A stretch of 64,000 nucleotides of DNA from Macrostomum lignano (Eukaryota). The stretch covers positions 62,001 through 126,000 of the forward strand of contig NIVC01000001.1 in assembly GCA_002269645.1 (NCBI GenBank), in the 5' to 3' direction. This document shows, piece after piece, positions 48,362 through 64,000 of this stretch. A program made the translations under genes and the position numbers. Each line of letters starts with the position of its first letter. The first letter of the stretch is position 1. The notes below the pieces were generated by a model. That model made no database searches. It was given only the letters and a program-made list of their open reading frames with translations, and was not told the DNA's origin.

Positions 48362-49411
48362 AATGAGCTACGTTGAGCGTGGCCAGTCATCAAGCACAAG
48401 AGTCAGTTGCGCTGTGCGAACAGTCATCTAGCGTTCCAACTGCCGTCACAAGTATTGGCCAGTCTGATAAATCCAGTCCGACGATCGTGTTGGAGAAAAA
48501 CGGGGCTAAATGTTACGTTTATAAGTGAGTGCGAAAAGGTCGCTTTGCAAAAGTTGAGTTTGGCTCTGGACTCTAACTGCTTTGTTTGACTCGTTTGTTT
48601 GTTTTTTGTTTATTTGGTTGAAATACATGAAATTGAAATAATAGGAGTACATTATCGGCCCGACTTTTCGGGCCAAAATGAAATCGTCTATGGCAATAAT
48701 CGAATATCAGCCCGCCCGATAGCCACGTAGTCAGTTGTCAAGTACATTAGATCAAGATAAATCGAACAAACAAGTGTCAGCAAGAAAACTTCGACTTCGA
48801 GCAGACTCTCCCGTCCTCCTGCGCTGTAGATGGCAAATGCAGGTACTTTTACATTACGCCACTTTCGCCGTTTAGTAAAAAGTACCCGATACGGCGGAGT
48901 AAACAGAAAATTTACAAAGGCTTTTTTGTATGTCGATCTCTGTCGGCGTCATGGAGAAGTTGTCATAGGGATGTCAATCGATCTCGGGTTTTATCGATAA
49001 CTTTCAAAGGAAGTCAAGGATGCTATATAGCTCACAAAATTCTTGGTTTGAAACCAAATTCTACAGTCTCTTGTATATTTTATAGCGATTTGATAAAAAC
49101 TAATCAGCGTATATTGCATGTTTTTTAGTCAGCAATAAAGACTTTTACAGAAGCGTAGCTAGCATAGCATCCGACAACCTGAGGATGAAAAACTTACTGA
49201 AAAACATGCTTCAGTGAGTTTCTTTTTTCCAACAGAGCTGCATTCAGTTTGTTTTTTATATTTAATGGCCATCACGTCAAGCTCTTGTCGGCATCATTTT
49301 GGATGCTTGTATTGATTTTATACAGTGTTTGCTGTAAAACATTTTCCAAGTCCGGGTAACCCATGCTGGGTCTGTCTTCAAGCAGTTACCTGTTCACCTT
49401 TGTACCTTTGA

Positions 49412-52400
49412 CTAGACGTACATTTTTGCAACATTTTTTCTCGCCAACAGAGGCTCTTCAGACGAATAGATGAGCCGAAAGTTGTGCCTCGTGACCAGTT
49501 CGGCGTCTCTGACGGGCAGTCTGCGTTGGAATCGCAGCAGCGTTTCGCTGGTCAGACAGGCAGCCTCGAGCCATAGGCTCGGCTTCAGCTGATTCAGCAC
49601 TGAAGTCTGCCGGCTCCAGGACGGGTGCGAGTTGAACTCAAGCAAGTAGACTCGAAGCTGTTCGTCAACCAGAAAATCGACGCCCATAATGCGGAAGCTG
49701 TTGCTGAGTGAACTGGTGCGGTCGTCCAATTTGGGCCGAAACACGGCCGACACGTAGCCCAGAATGGCGCCAACTTTCAGGTAGAGCTCGTCTCTGGCCC
49801 AGTCCTGTGCAATTGTTTTGAGTTGGAGGAACACTGAAGGCAAAGAGAAGGGGTGCCGTAACCTAAGTGGTCTAGCGCGGCGCTCTGATGTGCCAGCGGC
49901 CCAGGCTCAATTCCAAGTGCAGTCACATTAATTTGGAGCTAAATTGGAATCTCGGCTTGGCTCTGCTCGTGCAATTAACGACCTTGAGGGCAAGCCCCAA
50001 GGCACAGTGAAGTGTACATGCCTAACGATAAATTAAGTTAGGGCTGCTGTACACTCATGTGTGAGTGTGTGCCTGTGCGTATGACTCCGTACGTATCCGC
50101 GCGCTTGTGTGCCTGCTCAGGGGATCGGGAGTCGGCGGAATGGGCAGTAATGCCTCTCGCCGGTTGTGTGACAATGTCGCTTAAAGTGCACAAGGGTGCA
50201 CACAACCCCTGCCTCTAATAAAAAATTAAAAAGAAGGTTAAGGGAGCAGCACAGGATCAAGGAGCGAAGGGGTTTAAAAATAGTAAAAATGCCTGGCAGT
50301 GGCTTCGCAAACTCATGATAGCCGCTATCCCACTCCCTCACCTTCCGCGGCAGCCGATGCCTTCTGTTTAAATATTCATTGAGCTCGTCGGGATACCAAG
50401 TGGTGACCTCCTTCAGCTGGCCGAAATCCGGCGTGTGCTTGGCCTGAACGCTCTGGTTGGTGAGGTGAACTGCCAAGTCCGGGTGGTCTGGGTTGTACGG
50501 CGCGGTGCACAGGCGGAGAAAACCCGGATGAAGAAAGGTGAAGTAGCCGGTGCTGAAGAGACAAATGACAACGGTAGGTTATTTTGTGACGGAGAGAACC
50601 GACGAAACAGCAGAACCATCACACAACAACAGAACCGTCACACAACAACAGAACCGTCACACAACAACAGAACCATCACACAACAGCAGAACCATCACAC
50701 AACAACAGAACCGTCACACAACAACAGACCCGTCACACAACAGCAGAACCATCACACAACAACAGAACCGTCACACAACAACAGAACCGTCACACAACAG
50801 CAGAACCGTCACACAACAACAGAACCGTCACACAACAACAGAACCGTCACACAATAACAGAACCGTCACACAACAGCAGAACCATCACACAACAACAGAA
50901 CCGTCACACAACAACAGAACCGTCACACAACAACAGAACCGTCACACAGCAACAGAACCGTCACACAACAGAACCGTCACAAAAAAAACAGAACCGTCAC
51001 ACAACAACAGAACCGTCACACAACAACAGAACCGTCACACAACAACAGAACCGTCACACAACAACAGACCCGTCACACAGCAACAGAACCGTCACACAAC
51101 AACAGAACCGTCACACAACAACAGAACCGTCACACAACAACAGAACCGTCACACAACAACAGAACCGTCACACAGCAACAGAACCGTCACACAACAGAAC
51201 CGTCACAAAAAAACAGAACCGTCACACAACAACAGAACCGTCACACAACAACAGAACCGTCACACAACAACAGAACCGTCACACAACAACAGAACCGTCA
51301 CACAGCAACAGAACCGTCACACAGCAACAGAACCGTCACACAACAACAGAACCGTCACACAACAACAGACCCGTCACAAAACAACAGAACCGTCACACAG
51401 CAACAGAACCGTCACACAACAACAGAACCGTCACACAACAACAGAACCGTCACACAACAGAACCGTCACAAAAAAACAGAACCATCACACAACAACAGAA
51501 CCGTCACACAACAACAGAACCGTCACAAAAAACAGAACCATCACACAACAACAGAACCGTCACACAATAACAGAACTGTCACACAACAACAGAACCGTCA
51601 CACAGCAACAGAATCGTCACACAACAGAACCGTCACAAAAAAACAGAACCATCACACAACAACAGAACCGTCACACAACAACAGAATCGTCACACAACAG
51701 AACCGTCACACAATAACAGAACCGTCACACAATAACAGAACCATCACACAATAACAGAACCGTCACACAACAACAGAACCGTCACACAACAACAGAACCG
51801 TCACACAGCAACAGAATCGTCACACAACAGAACCGTCACAAAAAAACAGAACCATCACACAACAACAGAACCGTCACACAACAACAGAATCGTCACACAA
51901 CAGAACCGTCACACAACAACAGAACCGTCACACAACAACAGAACCGTCACACAGCAACAGAACCGTCACACAACAACAGAACCGTCACACAGCAACAGAA
52001 CCGTCACACAGCAACAGAACCGTCACACAACAACAGACCCGTCACACAACAACAGAACCGTCACACAGCAACAGAACCGTCACACAACAACAGAACCGTC
52101 ACACAACAACAGAACCGTCACACAACAACAGAACCGTCACACAACAACAGAACCGTCACACAACAACAGAACCGTCACACAACAACAGACCCGTCACACA
52201 ACAACAGAACCGTCACACAACAGCAGAACCATCACACAACAACAGAACCGTCACACAACAACAGAACCGTCACACAACAACAGAACCGTCACACAACAAC
52301 AGACCCGTCACACAACAACAGAACCGTCACACAGCAACAGAACCGTCACACAGCAACAGAACCATCACACAGCAACAGAACCGTCACACAACAGAACCGT

Positions 52401-55400
52401 CACAAAAAAACAGAACCATCACACAACAACAGAACCGTCACACAACAACAGACCCGTCACACAACAACAGAACCGTCACACAACAACAGAACCGTCACAC
52501 AGCAACAGAACCGTAACACAGCAACAGAACCGTCACACAACAGAACCGTCACAAAAAAACAGAACCATCACACAACAACAGAACCGTCACACAACAACAG
52601 AACCGTCACACAGCAACAGAACCGTCACACAACAGAACCGTCACAAAAAAACAGAACCGTCACACAGCAACAGAACCGTCACACAACAACAGAACCGTCA
52701 CACAGCAACAGAACCGTCACACAGCAACAGAATCGTCACACAACAGAACCGTCACAAAAAAACAGAACCATCACACAACAACAGAATCGTCACACAACAG
52801 AACCGTCACAAAAAAACAGAACCGTCACACAGCAACAGAACCGTCACACAACAACAGAACCGTCACACAACAACAGACCCGTCACACAACAACAGAACCG
52901 TCACACAACAACAGAACCGTCACACAACAACAGAATCGTCACACAACAGAACCGTCACAAAAAAACAGAACCATCACACAATAACAGAACCGTCACACAA
53001 CAACAGAACCGTCACACAACAACAGACCCGTCACACAACAACAGAACCGTCACACAACAACAGAACCGTCACACAATAACAGAACCGTCACACAACAACA
53101 GAACCGTCACACAATAACAGAACCGTCACACAACAACAGACCCGTCACACAACAACAGAACCATCACACAACAACAGAACCGTCACACAACAACAGAATC
53201 GTCACACAACAGAACCGTCACAAAAAAACAGAACCATCACACAATAACAGAACCGTCACACAACAACAGAACCGTCACACAACAACAGACCCGTCACACA
53301 ACAACAGAACCGTCACACAACAGCAGAACCATCACACAACAACAGAACCGTCACACAACAACAGAACCGTCACACAACAACAGAACCGTCACACAACAAC
53401 AGACCCGTCACACAACAACAGAACCGTCACACAACAACAGACCCGTCACACAACAACAGAACCGTCACACAACAACAGACCCGTCACACAACAACAGAAC
53501 CGTCACACAACAACAGAACCGTCACACAGCAACAGAACCGTCACACAACAACAGAACCGTCACACAGCAACAGAACCGTCACACAACAACAGAACCGTCA
53601 CACAACAACAGACCCGTCACAAAACCAACACAACGAATTCATTTCTGACCTCATTTTCGAGCCTTTGACAGTGTACCGCCTTGCATTGACCACCAGCAGG
53701 TAAACTCGCAGATCAAACTTTCGCTTGTCAACAAGCAGAGGCCGCTCAATGTAGCGCTGCAAGATCACCTGGGAACGATTCATCTCCAGAAATTGGCTGC
53801 TGCGCAGAAAGTCCAGCAAATCCCCTTGGACGCAATCGGGACGGATTCGAACCAACTGCTGCTGATGGCCCATGCGGCCGCTGCAGTGAGTTTCGGCTCT
53901 TGTGAGCTTGAGTAGCAAGCAGGCAGACAGCAATATAAATCATAAATAAATCAAATGACATTCAAAAACTCAACATACAAGGCTGGCTTTGCAAGATAAA
54001 CGCCAGGCTGTTCGACTAAAATGCAAATAAGAAGTTTAAAAAAACTTACAAACGAATTATGCTTAATTCACTAATGAGCGCCATTTAGCATATATAATGA
54101 CAGAAGCATTTACCGAGCACCTGTTCGAGCTGACAATTGTTCAAATTTATGGTGGGCGGCGTGAATTCCAATGCGTGAACTCACGGCCTGAACCGGTTAG
54201 ATAAATCCGAGCGCTGGTTCGCATTCGCTTCTCCGATTGCCTCATCGATTTAATCAGCTCCCACTTGTTGCACAGGAAGTACATGCGATGTACATAGGGC
54301 CGAATCACCAGAAATTCTGGGCCGCCTGCCGGTCAGGGTGCAAGCAGATTGAGTTAACAAGCTTTAGCCTTGCAGGGAAGTTAATGTAGCATCGATAGCA
54401 TGATTACTACACAATTTATATTCGCATTATAAAGTATCAGCACAATACTTATACCAAAACAGCTTGTTACAACTCCTCCAAACAGGGGGAATTTCACATT
54501 CCTTGTTGCTCAATGACGCGACACATCGGAGTTCGCGATTAACCACGCCTTAAGTTTATATATGAGCAATTAAACACTGTCCCAACAGTATGGAAACTGT
54601 ACGGTCCTCACTCAGTGACAAGCCGAACTTGGCAGAGGTCAGGCAGAGCATGTTCAACCGGCCCGTGCCCGTCATCCGGGCCAGAGCGAAGTCGTCCGAG
54701 TCCGTCTGCTGCTCCTCGTCGAAGCGGACGAAGCCCAGCGCGTCGAACACTTTGGACAGGCTGCGGGCAAGGCGCACCTTCTGACTGAACTTGCGATCTA
54801 TCAGGGCTCATTATCGGGGTAGAATTACGTGATTTGCAGATTTGCTTTTACGCTACTGTTAGTAGTTTCAGTCTAGAGAAATACCAGTAGTTAACTTTCG
54901 TTAGGTTACCCGTTTAAAACGTAACCGTGAAAAGAATTTCTAGAGTCCTAGCAAACAACTCACTAGTGACTACTCTAGCGATTCTGATACGACTCCTATG
55001 ACTTTTTAACCACTCAAACGAATGTAATGTGACGGCGAGGCGACTGTTGAGTCGTGAACGCATCAGGTAAGTTGTAGAAATGTAAAAGAGTCGCGAAAAA
55101 GTCGTCTAAGAGTCTAAATTCAAAATGCGAGTCTACGATTAGTGCATAACGTGATGCACCTCATTGATTTTACAGCGATTCTAATAACAAAACAGTAATA
55201 TAATAACTGATTACACCTGCTCTAATAGGCAGATATGCGTGCAACCGACAGCTCAGCGGCAGCTACGAGTATTACGCGGCGCATCTGACGGCTGCGTACG
55301 GCTGTTCAGTCCAAGGACTGGGGGGGGGGGGGGGGTCCGCCGCACACACCCTCAATTACACCAGCTAATGTTGCTACCAATTTTTACAGCTGGGTGAACT

Positions 55401-56033
55401 GAAGCAAATGCAGATTTAAGTGTCTTGCTCAATTGGGCACAGATTGTTCCTCTCAGTCACGAGTCCGATGCTCTACCCACTAGGCCCCAGAGTTTTTGCT
55501 GAGTCGCAGACAGTAAAATGCCTCAAATTTACTCTTAGACGACTCTGAGACTACTTTTTGGCGACTTTGACCGTGACATCTCGTCATTTTAGAGTCGTAT
55601 AGAGTCACTTCTTTCAAGTTTTACTTGTGTTACCTGCATTGACTCTGAAACAATTATGGGGTGACCCAAGTGATTCTGGGACGCTTCTTGTGCTTGGTAC
55701 CGTTGTCATCGGACTAAGGGTCTCTAGGAGTGTTCAAAAGTAGAAAGCAGATGGAATTTTCCGTTTTCAAACAGCGATACTCGTAGAAAATTAGAGATAA
55801 GATCGAATTTCGGTTGCACAGCAATTGGATTCTGGACCAAATGCATCCTAAAAGAAATCACGTGTCTGATAGTAAGGATTTAAAATCTTCTAAGCTGAGG
55901 TATGAGGTGTCTATCAGGTACTTAAAAATAACCAGTTGGGTCCCAAAATGGAAGTTTTTCAAGAAGTCCTTCAGAAACCAACAATTATTATTAGCTGCAT
56001 GAGCCACTCACAGAGCCGGACTGACTCCGGCAT
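49412..56033 (-). CDS. TTLL10: Tubulin-tyrosine-ligase-like protein, TTLL10-like (polyglycylase family)
   Basis: Exons: tentative 56033-56012, 54797-54612 and 54325-54185; about 53896-53677 (VILQRYIERPLLVDKRKFDLRVYLL); 50552-50342 (HPGFLRL..PYNP...HLTNQSVQ); 49804-49412 (GVDFLVDEQLRVYLLEFNSHPS). The 5' exons and the acceptor near 53896 are not fully resolved. Confidence 0.75.
49851..50226 (+). mobile_element. SINE family B, near full-length copy
   Basis: tRNA-like head GTAACCTAAGTGGTCTAG...GCTCAATTCC, shared body, AATAAAAAA tail. Confidence 0.75.
50610..53625. repeat. Minisatellite, 19 bp unit (CAGAACCGTCACACAACAA), about 3 kb, filling a TTLL intron
   Basis: Tandem copies covering nearly all of intron 53676-50553. 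Confidence 0.97.
55195..55478 (-). mobile_element. SINE family A copy
   Basis: Same body (GCAACCGACAGCTCAGC...TTTTACAGCTGGGTGAACTGAAGCAA...CCACTAGGC). Confidence 0.75.
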
Positions 56034-56374
56034 GGAGAATTCCAGGCCGCCTACTCTGCAGGCTGAAGCCAACGAAGTCAGTTCCGTAGTTCCGCTTGAA
56101 GAGGTCGCTTTTAACTAGCAGGTCGTACCTGCCGAACAGAATCGTCTGCTGCGAAGCTGGCGGCATCCTCGTTGGGCCTCGTTGACTTGCTGAGCAAATT
56201 GTCCTTTTTATTCAATGCCTATCAGCTTTATCTGGCGCTTTAAATATCGCAGAATCGGTTCATCTTCGAACACCAACTTGCTGTCTATGGTAAATTGGAG
56301 TACCGCTCTTGTTTTTATAGCCGATTGGATGGCAACCCGGACAATGGGTGGTTATGAAATCATAGAATGGATTG

Positions 56375-57440
56375 CTAATCTAGCCCACAAGGATGCAGGA
56401 GTAGAATGGATTGCTAATCTAGCCCACAAGGATGCAGGAGTAGAATGGATTGCTAATCTAGCCCACAAGGATGCAGGAATAGAATAGATAGCTAATCTAG
56501 CCCACAAGGATGCAGGAATAGAATGGATTGCTAATCTAGCCCACAAGGATGCAGGAATAGAATGGATTGCTAATCTAGCCCACAAGGATGCAGGAATAGA
56601 ATGGATTGCTAATCTAGCCCACAAGGATGCAGTAATAGAATGGATTGCTAATCTAGCCCACAAGGATGCAGGAATAGAATGGATTGCTAATCTAGCCCAC
56701 AAGGATGCAGGAATAGAATGGATTGCTAATCTAGCCCACAAGGATGCAGTAATAGAATGGATTGCTAATCTAGCCCACAAGGATGCAGGAATAGAATGGA
56801 TTGCTAATCTAGCCCACAAGGATGCAGGAATAGAATGGATTGCTAATCTAGCCCACAAGGATGCAGGAATAGAATGGATTGCTAATCTAGCCCACAAGGA
56901 TGCAGGAATAGAATGGATTGCTAATCTAGCCCACAAGGATGCAGGAATAGAATGGATTGCTAATCTAGCCCACAAGGATGCAGTAATAGAATGGATTGCT
57001 AATCTAGCCCACAAGGATGCAGGAATAGAATAGATAGCTAATCTAGCCCACAAGGATGCAGGAATAGAATGGATTGCTAATCTAGCCCACAAGGATGCAG
57101 GAATAGAATGGATTGCTAATCTAGCCCACAAGGATGCAGGAATAGAATGGATTGCTAATCTAGCCCACAAGGATGCAGTAATAGAATGGATTGCTAATCT
57201 AGCCCACAAGGATGCAGGAATAGAATGGATTGCTAATCTAGCCCACAAGGATGCAGGAATAGAATGGATTGCTAATCTAGCCCACAAGGATGCAGGAATA
57301 GAATGGATTGCTAATCTAGCCCACAAGGATGCAGGAATAGAATGGATTGCTAATCTAGCCCACAAGGATGCAGGAATAGAATGGATTGCTAATCTAGCCC
57401 ACAAGGATGCAGGAATAGAATGGATTGCTAATCTAGCCCA
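56375..57440. repeat. Minisatellite, 39 bp unit, highly homogeneous (about 27 copies)
   Basis: ATAGAATGGATTGCTAATCTAGCCCACAAGGATGCAGGA repeated with no spacers. Confidence 0.97.
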
Positions 57441-57934
57441 TACGAATTCAATGAAAGTAAAGTAGAGGAAGCAAAAGGAGGCTCTCGAAAATTGCTTAGC
57501 AAAGATAAAGCAGCTCAGCAATATCGAATTTCGCAGTTTCTTTTTAAAAATTAACATTGTCTTCTTCAGCGTTCCAGTGAGGACAGCTGGGTGTTTCTGC
57601 CCAAGGACGAATTCGCAAGCTACTATTAGTAGGAAAGTGGAAAATTTATATGATATTCCGCAGAGTTAAGAAATATTGCGACCTCTAAGTACAGTAAACA
57701 CCGTTATAAAGTAAAGTTAACATCAATAAAGACTGTGCTTGACTCTCTACTAAGACTAATAATGCAAAAAAGATGTGCGAGAAAGTTGAGAAAATATTAA
57801 AAATCATTGCGTGCAATTTCAAACTGAAAATAGCAGAAACTCATTGTGCTTGCCGACTTGCGGTCAAAGTTTAGTTGAACAGCATATGGCTTTCAATGAA
57901 TCAATGTTAGTCTCTGCTGGCAGGTCATCTGAGG

Positions 57935-63281
<5,347 letters not shown>

Positions 63282-63404
63282 CTGCGGATAGGAAATAAGT
63301 TGTTCCTTATGTACTCGCTGTGTCTAAAGCTTGAGCAATAATATAAAAGCAGGTAACAGTTGCCCTTCCAGTTGGGCTCCATGCACTGTGTGACACCCTG
63401 AAAT

Positions 63405-63820
63405 TCGGGTTGGGACTCCACATCGTGACTCTAAGACCTTCAGGTTGTTGGGATTCCACATCGTGACTCCAAGACCTTCAGGTTGTTGGGATTCCAAATC
63501 GTGACTCCAAGACCTTCAGGTTGTTGGGACTCCACATCGTGACTCCAAGACCTTCAGGTTGTTGGGACTCCACATCGTGACTCCAAGACCTTCAGGTTGT
63601 TGGGATTCCACATCGTGACTCCAAGACCTTCAGGTTGTTGGGACTCCACATCGTGACTCCAAGACCTTCAGGTTGTTGGGATTCCACATCGTGACTCCAA
63701 GACCTTCAGGTTGTTGGGATTCCACATCGTGACTCCAAGACCTTCAGGTTGTTGGGATTCCACATCGTGACTCTAAGACCTTCAGGTTGTTGGGATTCCA
63801 CATCGTGACTCCAGGACCTT
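63405..63820. repeat. Minisatellite, 38 bp unit (GGGATTCCACATCGTGACTCCAAGACCTTCAGGTTGTT)
   Basis: About 11 tandem copies. Confidence 0.95.
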
Positions 63821-64000
63821 CCATTTGGAATCCCAAATCTTTTTGGAAACCTAGCCTCGATTACCTCCACGGGTTGAAATCCCATACTAAGACTATTACT
63901 ACGTAAAAAGGAAACGTAGATTTGGGAAAATCTGCTTCTGTCTTTGCGCGCAGATTAGAGCGCCAGCTTGTAATAATCCGACCAGCTGAGGGAACAGTGC

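Noticed and set aside
50128-50150. GGCGGAATGGG in SINE B resembling the HDV ribozyme J4/2 strand
   Set aside because: Could not build the nested double pseudoknot; the motif is not conserved in the 35469 copy
56375-57440. CRISPR-like appearance of the 39-bp array (and the 38-bp array at 63405)
   Set aside because: No unique spacers between repeats, no cas genes, eukaryotic context

Overview
Eukaryotic genomic DNA with GT-AG spliceosomal introns, GC-rich exons and introns packed with minisatellites. The style suggests a free-living flatworm such as Macrostomum, but that is inference only. Six protein-coding genes were rebuilt by hand with splice phases checked: cyclin G-like (+), then five consecutive minus-strand genes: glycogenin, an ankyrin-repeat TRP-type channel, AP-1 sigma subunit, a TTLL10-like ligase and a 5'-partial SLC4A11-like transporter. 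A disabled Crypton-type tyrosine recombinase lies on +. About 25 unrelated tandem arrays (4-52 bp units), two tRNA-headed SINE families and several MITEs with clean TSDs fill introns and intergenic DNA. Most long ORFs in the supplied track are artefacts of these arrays. Best leads: (1) a 4.3 kb element with 20-bp TIRs (ACTACT...AGTAGT), a 6-bp TSD and hairpin-rich ends, inside a TRP intron; (2) two degenerate copies of the 28S rRNA segment carrying the R2/I-PpoI target site, in introns of two different genes and sharing a derived change; (3) a glycogenin with an extremely long linker; (4) an abrupt switch from AT-rich to GC-rich codons between first and later exons.
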